Below are positions 27,081 to 39,900 of a stretch of 50,417 nucleotides of DNA, in pieces; the first letter of the stretch is position 1, and each line of letters begins with the position of its first letter. This DNA comes from Gonapodya sp. JEL0774 (Eukaryota), in NCBI GenBank assembly GCA_027604505.1, contig JADIIX010000038.1, forward strand, positions 124,001 to 174,417, given 5' to 3'. The translations under genes and the position numbers were made by a program. Under the pieces are notes generated by a model. It saw nothing but the letters and a program-made list of their open reading frames with translations, had not been told where the DNA came from and ran no database searches.

Positions 27081-28118
27081 GTAAGGAAAATTGAGTTTGA
27101 TGTGCGGGGCGGGGGCAGGAGTTGGATTGAGTTGGGTTGAATTGTGTGCGTGGGGCTCTCGAACTCAATGACGGTGTTTCGTGCAAGGAAAGGGGTGCCG
27201 AGAGTGCGGGTGGAGTAATGAAGGGAATGAGTTGACAACAAAAGGGAGAAACAAGAAATAGGAGCAAACGAATTTGCTTGAGAACAGAATGAAAATGGGG
27301 GCTGGAGAATTACGAGAAAATATATTGTCCGAGTGTGGGGAAAGCCTCTGTGGCAAAGTCCGGTGGGTTGCCGCACAGGCAGGGCACAGGCAGGCATTGT
27401 GCCCCCCCCCCTCCACCCGAGCCGTGCCCTGCAAGGACACCCGACGCACTCTGACTTGCATGGAATCCACATGTAGGAAACAAAGCACGTTAGACGGCAC
27501 GTACTACTCCTGCTCGTTCAAGTAAATGAAAACAGCAACCGCTGTAAACACCAGAAGCTCCGTCATTGCGGGAAGGACGGAGTGGCTGTGTGATGAGGGC
27601 CTACTTTTTGCATCAATATTCGTAATCTGTAAGATTTGAATTCTATGTATGTATGAGACAACCCCCTCCTTTGCTAATATTTTGTCACGATTGACTTGGT
27701 TTCGGATTCAAGTTGTTTTGTCACGAGTAATAACCACTCGTTTGCTACTGTCTTACAAGGGAGGTTCGTGCAGTGGATTGAACCTGTTCTGAAAGATTTT
27801 GCTTGGAATTCAAGGCAAAGAGGAGGGCAGTGGTGCCGAAGAGGCGGGGTTTGTTTATGGAAAGAAAGTGCTGAGCTTGCTGACCGTGAATCGCCGAGGG
27901 CTGGCTGGCGGTGCGCGGAATGACCTGAAAACCTTCGTACACTCTCCAGGCACCCCCCCCCGTTACGAACACGTGAATCGACTCTCCCGCTCCTTTTTCT
28001 CTCTGTGCATCAAACTTCCATTTCCACTGGTGCACAAGAAGATTCTCTCGCTCTCGTCAATTCGGAGCCGTGACACCATACGGACCGACTGGAATTTCAT
28101 CCACACTCATACAGGATC
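27081..28118. promoter_or_regulatory. Putative bidirectional promoter region between divergent DUOX and DUOXA
   Basis: Divergent start codons at 27080 (or 27566) on the minus strand and 28119 on the plus strand. No other convincing gene lies between them. Function is inferred from the arrangement only. Confidence 0.55.
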
Positions 28119-31056
28119 ATGTCTGTCTACGACTACATCCCCGCGGACTTCTCGTCATTTTCGCTCTTCAGACTCTCCCCATGGCCGTCTATTTGGCCCT
28201 CCCACATAACTCCATGGCGTGCGTTCCAAGCTCTATTTCCGCCCCGCGTTGCGCCAGTCCCCACTATTTGTTCCCTCGTCGTCTTCTTACCATCTCTCTC
28301 TCTCCACTCCTTACAGAATTCTATTACGAAGGTGTCACTATTGGCATCATTTACGGTTTCGTCGTGGTTCTGGCTCTACTGTTTCTCCCGACATTTAACT
28401 TGTCGAATCCGGTACGTGAAGTTCCCCTATTACTCGATGTACGGAGGGTCCACTTTGTGGGGCGGGGGTTGGACGTGGTCGTTGGACCGGTGCCCCACCA
28501 GGAAAGACCTGCAGGTTCTCAGTGCACGCTGACAACAGAAACAGGCTACAACGATGCCGCACACAGCGGGTACTCCTACCAGCCTCTATGCGCACAGATT
28601 GGGAAACAACTACTTGTCCAGCCCTCGGGTGGCTTGCTAGTCCTTGGATGCGCTGTCGCGAGAGTTGGCACGCGTGAATGTAGGGCGAAACAATGGTCCA
28701 GCTGCTCGATTCGCCACCCAATATTGTGCAGAAATCACATGCGTGATTTCTCGAGGCGTGAAATCTTCTTACTCTTCTTCACCACCAACTAACCAAACTC
28801 CTCCCCGTCCTCGGACTTCTCCCATCGTCAACCTCGAACCCCACCACCCCCCCAACCCCACCCCACCACAGCGCACCCGCGCGTCGGCCCTACTCTTCTT
28901 CTCCTCCCTATACGTCTCGTACGCCATTCTCCCTCTCGGTATATTCGGATACTCGTGGTGCACAGGGACCGTGGAATCGCGCATGCCGGTCGCGTTTGGA
29001 CCCGAGGGCATCGAGGTCAGGGCGAGAGTGGGACTCCATATTGGACTGCTGGGGCTGAATGTTACCATGGAAGGTGGGTTTGGGGTCGGTCGATGGGAAT
29101 GGCGGTGTTGTGGGGGGTGTTTTCGCTTGCCTTGACCCAGAGGATGGGAGTGGAAGCAGGGACTCGGACTTCTGGAAACGTAGGGCGAGAGTGGTTTGCA
29201 CTGCATTTACATTGGATGACCATCCAGTGACATATGGCGATCAACCACGCTCAGGCTTGATCTTGGCTGGGGTGGGAGCTCTCCATACGGTGCCGGTCCC
29301 GAACGTTGAGAGCTTCATGATACCGCACGGCAAGCAATGGACACCGTGGCAAGGATGAAAACTGTCTCTCTAGATTCTTTTCCCTCCTCATTTTCTCCAA
29401 CTCTGCCTCCCATCCACACCGCATCTCGCAATGCCCTTCACACTCCATCATCTCTGCACACGTAGGCCTCCCTCTGACCCAACATAACCGCACCATTTAC
29501 TACAATGAGCATTACCCATGGTCGAGCCCATGGGCACAAGGGAGAACGGGATTTGGGAAGTGAGTGTGAGACATGGGTGCTTGGGGCTTGGGATGGGCAA
29601 AATGTGAGGCATCTGAGAATACGATCCTGTAAGCACAGGACCAGTGGCAATGGAAGAGAAAGAGTGGTTGGCTAGGTCGCCACATGACAGTTGTACTGGA
29701 AACGATTGTTTGGTGCGAGTTGCAAACACACTCCTTCTTATATCAGCCTCCTTTCCCCCCTTCTCACTTCCCTCTACTCAAAAGATACGCCAACCACCTT
29801 GCCCGTGTCGCCCGGGAGCGTCAAGAGCATGGTGTGCCGACTCCCGTACAGTGGGTCGCCGAATACTTTTGGCTCGACGGAGAGAGGATTAGGTGGGGGA
29901 GAAATTTCAGGACGGGAGCACATTATGCATTTTTGATCTTGAGGTGAGTTGAAATGTAGAGAGAATGAAATTGATTTGCTGGGGGTGTTGGGCGAACCGA
30001 AGTCGAGAGAGCGGGAACGATGGGGCACGAATAGCGAATGTCGAAAGAGTACTTCAATCGCCATTACTCAATTTTCCTCTCGGATGCTCCACTTCAATTG
30101 CACCTGGCACCTCTCCTCTGCACCAGAACTTGCGCGGTCGGCGTCGCCATCATCCTAGCGATCTTCATGGTCGGGGCTCACACCATCGGTTCCTGGCTCA
30201 CCTTTGTCCTGGGTGCCCTTATTATCTCCGCCGCCGTCACATTTGCTGCCTACGTCGGGCCCATCTGGAATCTGAACCCCTTGGCCATACCGTTTCGGGA
30301 TGGCAACCTCACCTGCTCGTTTGGCCCTAGTTTCTGGGGTGTGGTGGTTGCGGGGGCGCTATGTATGATTGGGAGCGTAGCAACAAGTGGGACCGTAGTG
30401 GGATGGTGGGTTTTGGGAGCAATAGGGGGACCAAATACTGGTGTTTTGGAGACTGCCAAGACATCTGACCTCGTTCGTTCCTTTCTGGTCGTTTTCGCAC
30501 CCTGTTCTATGACTGTAACAGGTGGTCTTCCTTCTACGGCGATAACTATGAAGAGATTGAGCCTCACGCGACATTCCCACTGGAATCTGAGAAGGAAAAG
30601 AAATCATTCATCCCGAAGTTGAATCTACCACGCTTTGGCAAGAAGTCAGAAGAGAAGTCCTCGGAAGAGTTCTCTGGTGCACACGATATACCGCTCAAGT
30701 CTGGTGGATGGCTTAGCGGTGGGTCAGGCAATGGGGGATACCTACCCCTCGACGGAGGTGCTGCGATTTCGCGATATAGCGGCGAGGTGGGCCGATATCC
30801 GACCGTCTCCGGTCCGCCACCCCCTCTCGGAAACCCACCTCCACCACCGGGGTACACCGCGTCCCCCTTACGGTCGGAGGTGTCGTTTGGCGGGACTGTG
30901 ACTGACCCCTTCGCAGATCCAGCCCCTAAACCTGCAGCATTGATAGCACCGCCCAGGTTGAGCAGCACTGGGGCGGGGGTGGGGGGAGGGGGGACAGATG
31001 TGGTGGTGCCAACGATCACCTTTACGAAAATGCCGACAAACGAACCATCACACTAG
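28119..31056 (+). CDS. DUOXA: Dual oxidase maturation factor (DUOXA/NIP family); about 7 exons, with a Pro-rich C-terminal extension
   Basis: Spliced translation includes VRARVGLHIGLLGLNVTMEG/LPLTQHNRTIYYNEHYPWSSPWAQGRTGFGK/Y, then HGVPTPVQWVAEYFWLDGERIRWGRNFRTGAHYAFLIL and IPFRDGNLTCSFGPSFWGVVVAGALC. These are the characteristic DUOXA blocks, with several TM segments. Confidence 0.92.
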
Positions 31057-31258
31057 GCTCGGGGAGAGATTGTTTGGGAATATCACGTGCCATTTTATAG
31101 TTTTCGTTGCCATCCACCTTCTTTAGCTTTGGGACGTTGCTTGGTGGAAAAATTCACAATATGTACGAATGGATGATGTATCGCATGGACCGTGCGTTCT
31201 GGTTGTAGGAGGGTTGTCCCGTCTCCAAGCATCCTCCACATTTTCTGCTCGAAATTCA

Positions 31259-33483
31259 ATGGACGAAAACAACACGTCTCTGATGAGCTCCCTAGGCGCG
31301 CTTAAGCGCCCTCAGCTACAAAAACTAGCCAAGGAGAATGGCATTCCCGCAAATGGCAAGGTGAGTGTGACCGTTGGCGCTTCAAGCGGCGGCATGAAAG
31401 CACTTTAGGGGAGAGCTCTCCCGGCGGAAAGACTGTAAACGCACAAAAAGTTGTTTGTTGTGGCTAATCGGATAGAGCTTGGGCGAATCGGATCGCTCAA
31501 TGCAGACGATGCCTTGGGTGGTTTCCGGCCCGTGTTCCAAGTCACTCTTCTTCGATGCCGCCCGTCCACGATTCCACTTTAATGCTCATAATATTTCATT
31601 TAAAACATCAGAACATTGACATCATCCGCGCTCTTGAGTCGCTGAAGGTCTCCTTCATCGCCGCTGAGAAGCCCCTGGATAGCGGGCGGGGCGCAAGTAC
31701 GCTCCCGCTTGGGGACACCAAATCCCATCCATTGACAAAGACAGCTAGCGGAGTTACAAATGCGGGAGGGAAAGCTTCGGTGGGGAGGACTCCACTCGGG
31801 ATATTGTCGGTAAGCACTCACATGCCCCTTGGAACTCACACCCACCGTAGAAAGGATTGCATTCATGCCCCTGACTTCGTCACGGAAATTTGTAAAGTCT
31901 AATGCCCAGCAGCCATCTCCATCGTCCATCCCAAGGCTCTCCAGCTTCAGGGTCGCCTCTTCCAACCAGAAGGCACCTGAAACATTTTCTCAGCCAACAT
32001 CAGAAACCACCCTTCCTCCACCTTCACAAACCTTCTTCTCAAGCCCGGAAATTGATGAGGTTGATAGTGCAGATGAGGATGAAGACTCTCAATCATCCGA
32101 CGGTGAAGTTGAAGACACCATGGATTTTGGAAAAGCTCGGAAGAAGGGATTACTCCCACTGAGGCTGACTATGGAAATGGAAATCAGTCCTAACAGAAAG
32201 AAGACTTCTAGTTGTAAGTGCAGACGTTCATCAATTCTCACTCCCGTTGCTAGGGTTTCCCACCTTGTCCTCCAATTACCGTCCCAACAAATATTAACCC
32301 CGCCAACATGCTATCATCAATAATCCGGCAGGTGGCACACCCCGCGTCATTCCTCCGACAGAAGTACCCCCAGAGATATCTGCCGCTGTTCATGCGGAGT
32401 TTGAGGCGAGAGTCCGCCAACAAAGTTCGTTGAGTTAAGATTCTGATATTGCTAGAATTTTGTGTCAAATTTTCTCTTTTGTAGAACGATCTTCAATTCC
32501 TCGACGGTCCCCGATGAAAGCGTTAACCAAACTTGTGCGGCGGGAGAATCCCGGTGTTGTTGATGCCACAACCCCGTCGGGAAAGTTCATGATGGCGCAC
32601 GAAAAGCAGTTCAAAAAGTGAGTAAAAATTAAATTCCAGTTCATCCGAGGTTGGCATGATTGTATCGAGTTCTGATCCTCAAACGTAAATACCTGCCCAC
32701 AGGATGGAGGGCATCGATCGCCACTACCTTGCCCAACGTGCTCGTTCTGCATCTAAACCACCGTTGTCTGTGGTAGAGCCTTCTCATCTTGGTGCACCTC
32801 CAACAGTTAAGGAACTGGCAGGAGCTACTTCCGCGCTGCCTTGTGCTACCGGGCAAAGACATGCCACTCTCCGTAAGCCTACGATTCCAGTGGCACGTAA
32901 GTCTGTTCTACCTCCCGTTATCAAGAAGGCAGGCGCACCAGTGGTCACCAAGACTCCTGTTGCAGCAGTGGGCACTAGCAACTACTCAAACCTAAAGAAA
33001 GCAGTGGAGCACGTACCGCGTGAGCACACACACAACTCGGTGCAAGTTGAAGAAATTACAGAAAACAAGAAACGGAAAGCAGAAGAGGGGAATGGAGGAA
33101 CTTCAAACACAGTTGCTCGCTTGACGAGGGGTTCCACTTTGGTGGCTGTCCGACCAGAGGGCAAGAGGACAAAAACCGAGGGACACAGCACTAAAAGCGT
33201 GGATAGTTCTTTGATCCAACAGCAAGTGAGTACCGAACACGTCCTTTCACTTGAAGTCGCCGCGGCGTCACCTCGGTTCTCACCGTAGCGAGCGACTCTG
33301 ATCGCCCCACCTGCGAAGAAAGCAATCAAGCCCCGTGCGGTTCAAGATGCGCACACATCACCTGCGAAGACACACCTCGCCGAACCTGCTCGACAGAGAA
33401 AATTCGACATCAATGCTTCCCTGAAAAAGCCCCTGAACTACGTGCCACACAAAGGTGCACTACCCAAATTCGGCCTTAAATAA
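31259..33483 (+). CDS. NUSAP1: NuSAP-like nucleolar/spindle-associated protein; multi-exon
   Basis: N-terminal SAP-like LKRPQLQKLAKENGIPANGK/NIDIIRAL, central KFMMAHEKQFKK/MEGID, and C-terminal RKFDINASLKKPLNYVPHKG. These match the three conserved NUSAP blocks. Confidence 0.7.
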
Positions 33484-34099
33484 TTACAGGTTATAAGATA
33501 TTCTGGAACCAAGCACAGCTCCTCTTCAAGCCTGTAATTTGAATTGTAGAGCGCGGGCTTCTTTTGGGTCTCCAACATTCCCATTCTTAAAAACACTGAT
33601 ATACCATTAGTAGTATCTATGATGCGGTTATTTGTTTTTGGAGAAGTTTAGTCAATTTGTGTATTTCGCCGGCCATCCCGAACGCGCGGAGTGCTGACAT
33701 TCTTTGCATTGGTTGGTGCACAGCCGAGCGCGTGAATCCACAAGAGTTTGTCGCATTCGACGATCGTTGCCCATCGCTGGGAGAGTCCACACCGGATGAG
33801 AACTTGTGCTTTAGATTCCGCTGACCCCTTTATGTAATTCGGCGGGGATCCTTGCCTGTCCCTTTGGTAGGAAAATGCATGTCACACAAAAGTCCATAAA
33901 ATAGTCCACCAATAGTGGGAGATCGGCACAACTATACATAGCAACACATAAAGTAGAGGAAAGTTGTGGAATATTTATCGCGTTGTAGAATTTTTATATC
34001 GGAGGTTTCACCTATGTTCCCCTCTTTGATATTGGAATTGTCAAACCGACTGGTTTCACTCTGTAGCCAACTTTTTGCACCCAAGGATCAATCACCATT

Positions 34100-36758
34100 C
34101 TCATTTCTTCTTGTTTTTCTTTCCGGCCTTCATGGATTTCTTGCTTGCTGGAGCGGGCTTACAACCTTACGCTTCTTTTGCGGTATCTCCTCCCAAATCT
34201 CTCCCGCAGCTTTCGCCTTGGCCTCTGCCTCCCACTCCCGTCTAAACCTGGCGAGTTCATCTTCTATCACTGGCGCCATAGCAGGGGTGTCCATGGCTGT
34301 GTGCGACGTGTACAAGGCCGATGTGTGGATTTGCTCGGTTGCTTTCTTGAGACCCAACCCCCAGTGTCCAGTTTCTGACTGAACCCACACCACCTCCATG
34401 TCCTCTAAATCATCTTCATCATGAGTGAACATTGCATTGGCTCAGGATGACCTTGTGCGACATTGCTTGGCAGAGTGACTTTCCTTTTTGATTGCCCCGA
34501 AGCTCGGCGGGTGACCTTTCCGTTGACCTCAGATTCAGGCCTAGCGGTGTCCTCGAGATTCTCTGTGGCTGTAGGGTTCGGGGTGATTGTGATTGCCCTG
34601 CGTCCACTCAGTAAGGTGGGGCCTTTGACGTGCCTTCCCACAACCTCCAGCAAGTCGACTCCTGTGAGGACGGAAATCCGATCAACCGCTGAAAAGGAGA
34701 GGCCAAACTCGCTCAGCACGCTAAGAAGGTAACGGCGGGTCGCTGGTGTGGTTTCCAAAGTTTGATCGGTAGGGTCGATGGGACTGGGTTTCTCCTCCGG
34801 ACTTGGGCTTCCTGACGGGAAACTTTTACGAGACTGCTGCACTCCACTCTCTTGACCACACATGCCTTGTGATAGAGCACTGATGTCACACACAGTCGCC
34901 TCTGCTGACGACTCTGCGTCTGCGATTGCCTTGCCATCATTCGGCGACAGCACGATTTGGTTTGGAAGGTTGAAGTTCTCTTCGTGATCTGAAATCATGT
35001 CCATTATGTCCATGGGACCACTGCCGTTGTCTTCATAGTCTGCAGAGGGGTTTTGTGGATCGTCGGGAAACTATGGAAGATCTCCACCAGACCGACGCTC
35101 ATCCATGGCCCGATTCACAACTCGCATGAGCACCAGAAGCGCATCTTGAAACGTGACGGAGAGTTCTTTGTGTGCTTCTCGCTCCGCTACGAGTTGGACA
35201 ATTCGCTTAAGGACCGACAAGGGGGAACGGCACGGGCGGAACAAGTTGAAGGATTCAGTATTGGAATACACAACAAAGAAACCTGGTGTTTCAAAAACCA
35301 CAGCGAGTTGTACACTCACCTTTCTTAGAACGTTATTCTGCTTGCGAAGGGATTCACTGTTCTTGGGTTGTCTAATCTTATTGGATGCCGCCAACGCCAC
35401 TTCAGGGCGCTTCGTTGCCGGCAGCTTCGATAACTTTGCGATACCACTGTCACGTTTCTTGGTGGTTTTCGATGGCGCTGATCGCCTTGGTGGTGGCATA
35501 GTACGTCTTGGGAGGGCGGGCGCTATAGGTATTTTCACTGTGCATTGCTGATGCCCGAACATCACGACAGAAGTGCCTCCTGCAGCAATCTGAACGCTGT
35601 AAGGATCTGGACCCGGACGCACATTGATGATTTTGGGCTTCACTGACTTGGGCATCACCGCCTCAGAGTCCGATTCGGAATCAGAGGACGAACCTGATTG
35701 ACGCTGCTGCAGCCTCTCGGCAACATCTGCTGCAAATGCAGCGAGGCCAAGGTCATTGACACTCCTCCCGTGCTTGTTGGACCTCGATGGAGCAGTTGCA
35801 CTGAGGTTCGGACGAGTCTTCTGTGGTGGTGGAAGAGCGGATCCTACCGGCGACAAGTACGAAAGAGCCGGTGAAGCATCTTGCGGCACCGAGGGCAACC
35901 TCACTGTTAGTCTTGGTCGGTTGACCAGCCCAGCCGATAATGGAGGGGCAGTCGCTTCTGCCGCTGCAGGACTTGTTGCCGAGGGCCACGAAGTCGCTCC
36001 AGGTCCACTGTGCACAGATTGCGTAGGAGCGAGCATATCCTTTTTTTTGCGTTTGATTTCCTGTAGGCTTGCTCGAATATCGTTCGTCATTATACCCACC
36101 ACCGTCACGATGTGCCCGTCTTGCGTCTGAGCCAGAAGTCACACCCGGACCCATCACCAATGCACTCTTGCATCGGTGACTTCAATGTTCCAGACCGCGC
36201 AGGTGAAACTTCACCCTGCCGCTCAACTACGAGTACCTTCCCGACAACAATCTCCTTTCGTGAGACAAGCTGCTGCTGTGGCTGCACCTGCGTGACAGCA
36301 AGTACCGCGGTAGCAGAGCCCGCAGCCACATCGGGAGTTGTATGGATTGGCCGTTTCGCAGATGAATTGCCGGCAGGAACGATTGAATGCAGCGTTGGCT
36401 GTGCAGCGTTTCTGGCAGGCTTGGCGGCGACGGAGGCAGAGCTCGACGTAGACATGAGTTTACCTTGTGAAGTTTGATACAAGTCCATTTTCTGCTCTGT
36501 ATGAGGTGAATGGCGCGGAGGCGAGAGACTTGTGGGTCCAGATGGAAGTACAGTCTGATGAGCGGCGGTAGCTGTAGCAGCCGAAATGGAATAATACTGA
36601 GCCATCTGACTCTGATAATTGGGCTGTGCCCAATAGTGTTCAAGCTTTCGGGAATCGAATTGGTAGGTGTTGTAGGAGTCTTGACCAAAACCCTGGGCAC
36701 TTGGGTTGGTATTCGAGGCAGGAAAACCTTGGGGTAACAGAGCGAACTGGAATGACAT
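34100..36758 (-). CDS. Hypothetical low-complexity S/P/Q-rich protein (multi-exon; could be two genes; ends approximate)
   Basis: Long consecutive minus-strand ORFs (253, 345, 202 and 100 aa) with coding-like composition. No recognisable domain. Confidence 0.5.
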
Positions 36759-36913
36759 TGGTTGAGTTGTAAGGGCCGGAGTATGCAAAGCGCCGACACC
36801 TTGCGGGATCGGGACAACCTGCGGAGACGTGGAGTCAGTCACACGATAGTGCTTGGCTGTGGTCACTGGTGAGTTCCCTTTCCTCCTTCAAGATCATTTG
36901 AATATTACAAGAA

Positions 36914-39900
36914 ATGGAGAAACGGAGCAAGACAACTGAGTATGTCATCTGCATCGATTTGTTGACGGAAGTCTTGATGCCATCACAGTATCCATCACGC
37001 TGTACCAGTATCAATGCTTACATGAACATCCATCATTTCGAGGAGCTAATGTACACTTTTCAAAGTCACGAGAATGAAGACGGATTTGATATTGACACTG
37101 TGAGTGTGTCGATCTAGCCTGTGTGACCCTGGAATCCGTGGATTGACGAAAGAGTCGTTCAGTTCCGTCGAGTCTTCCGCGAGATCCTTGGGGGAGCGCT
37201 TTCATACGACCAAATGACGCAACTTTTCATGAAGATTGACGCGAATTCGGATGGCTGTCTTTCTTGGGACGAATTCTCTACATACATGATGATGGGTGCG
37301 ATTGGAAGCGCGGACGAAAGCACCGATGTATTTGATGAGCGCATTCGACGACTACTAGGATGTCCACATCGTGATATGATCAGGAGGGTTGACTTTGTTG
37401 CACGTGAGCGCAAGTACATGACGGTGGCTCGTGATGGGACGGTTTGTTTTTGGAGCCCCACACTCCGGCTGCAGAGGACAGTCGCCACAAAAGAGCTTTA
37501 CAATGAATTTGAGGCGGGGTCGGGGACCAAAAATGGAACCAACTATTGGGTCATGGATGCCGTGTTCCTTCACGACCACGGGAAGCTGGTGGTGATCACG
37601 GACCACCGGCAGCTATGCATATACGACGTTTTGGCCATTAAGCCGAGAGCCATCGCTGTAATAAGTCCACTGGAAGATAACCCTCTGTGTGTTTCATATC
37701 ATCGTGAGTTCATCAGTGTCGAAGCATGTTGATTCATGACATGATTAGGAGACACCCGCAAAACGCCCTGTCTCAATTCAGCACGGTACGACGACGAAAG
37801 AGATCTTATGCTCTTTGGTGACGATGGAGGCTTCGTGAATGTTTTATCATTCACTCGAAAATTTTTCATCGAATCCTCAGCCGATGGCCGACCAAATGTG
37901 ATCGACCCTGCAAAGCTCGGTCGCAAGGACAGCCTCGAAGTCAACAACATATCATTGTCACGGCGCAAGGTTCATAGTGAATGGGTCCAGAAGGTTTGCT
38001 TTCTGGCCGAAATGAATGCTTTTATCTCGTGCGCACCGGAGAACTCGAAGTCACTCGTCATTGGGGACATGGATAGGAAAGCCGAACGCTACATACATGC
38101 TCCCAAGGGTATTAATTGCTTTGAGTACTGCAGAAGACCAAGCTTTCTTGTGACTGGTGGAAGGGACAAGGTTATGTGAGCGATTGCGTTACTGTAATTA
38201 ACCAACTTCCGCAAACCAAATAACTATTTCAAAGCCGTCTTTGGAATCCATATGTTCTTTCGAAACCTGCCGGAACTCTGTACGGACACAATTCTTCGGT
38301 GACGCAGGTCCTTGTTAATCAAGACGAATCGCACATCATATCTCTTTCTGAAGACAAGATCATCAAAGTCTGGAACGCTCGCAACATGACTTGCCTCCAG
38401 ACACTCACGGATAAGGTACCGCATCGTCCAGAAAATGTCATCTCGACTTTGTACTTCGATTCCATAAATCGCAGATTGCTTTGTGGCAGTAACAAGTTGG
38501 AGACCTTCTCGGTAAGCCGTCTTAAAATCTTCAGTTATGTACTTGACGTTTAGCTTGCTGCGTGGCGTGTGGGTGCGTTTGCGGGGCCTCAAGCTTTTCA
38601 GGAGCAATCGGAACCAAATAACAAGAACCCACGACGCAAGCGTTGTTGCTGCACTCTTCAATGAAAACTTCCATCAAGTTGTTAGTGGCAGTCAAAACGG
38701 CACAGTGACCTTGTGGAATATGGGTACGGGCGAGAAGATATTTCAGTTTCATAATCTCCACGATGGAAATGAAATCACAGCAATGTGCTTTGACAAGTCT
38801 GGTCGAAGGCTTATCACGGGAAGCCGGGATGGCAAAATTAAGGTGCGATTTCAAATTGGGCAATGCCAACTCGTCCTTCTCACAGATCCACGGTTTTCAG
38901 ATGTGGAACTTCAACAACGGTCAACTTCTCAAAGTAATGATCAAGGATGACCCAGTCGAAGTAACTGACCTCATGTACATTGAAATAGGCTCCAGCAAGT
39001 ACATTGTTGCAGTCGGATGGGACGAAATGGTTTCAGTCTTTATGGATGACCCAGGCGAGGACGAAGCGCGCCCATGCAGAGTACTTGCAGGTGAGGGTAT
39101 TCATAAAGGGTGAGTCTGCATCTCAACAGTAAGTCGACAGTATCTAATACAGGCAACTCACGCGCAGACACACCGACGATATTACGTCTATTGCCTTCTC
39201 GGAACCTAACATTCTGGCGACGAGTGGCGTTGATGGGTCGATTGTCCTGTGGAATTTGGAATCCGGTCACTGTAAAGGCCAAATGCAAGAACCGTACTGT
39301 CATCTTCGTAACCCGGAAGAAAAGGCGATAGAGAAGGTGTGGACTTTCGATTTGGCAATGTAGCGACGTTCCTCATGACCTCGCTACAATTATAAGCTGT
39401 TGTTCCTCAACAATTTAAGTCCAAGTGCTCTGAATACACGGTCAACGCGGATTCCGCTGGTGTCAACTCATGCGGATGGTATTTTGCGAGTTTGGGATGT
39501 GCACGAAGCGCGAATGGTCTTTGAGGTGTGGACTTCTCATTTTCTACTGCCGTGCTGAGTGGCTGATGCTCATATCGCAGCTGGATTGCGAAATGTCGGA
39601 TGGAGAGGGCCTCACCGCCATGGCGGCAAACTCAGACTCTTCAATTCTCTTGCTGGCTGGCTCAAAAGGCCATGTTCAAATGTGGGATGTTTCGAAACTA
39701 CGCATTGGAGAAGGAATATCTGTGGCTGATATGGCGAGAACGCTATCACTGACGAAGACATGGCGAGCACACATAGACACGATCAACAGGTGTGGAACCT
39801 TGCTGTACCTTGTCGATTACTGCTTCATACATAATCTTGCTTCATCGCGTCGAAAAGTATCAATTACGTGGGAATGTACAGCGTGATCATAACCGCATCG

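Noticed and set aside
33484..34100. Gap between the NuSAP-like and hypothetical genes as a possible ncRNA or small gene
   Set aside because: No tRNA, snoRNA or coding signature could be supported by eye.
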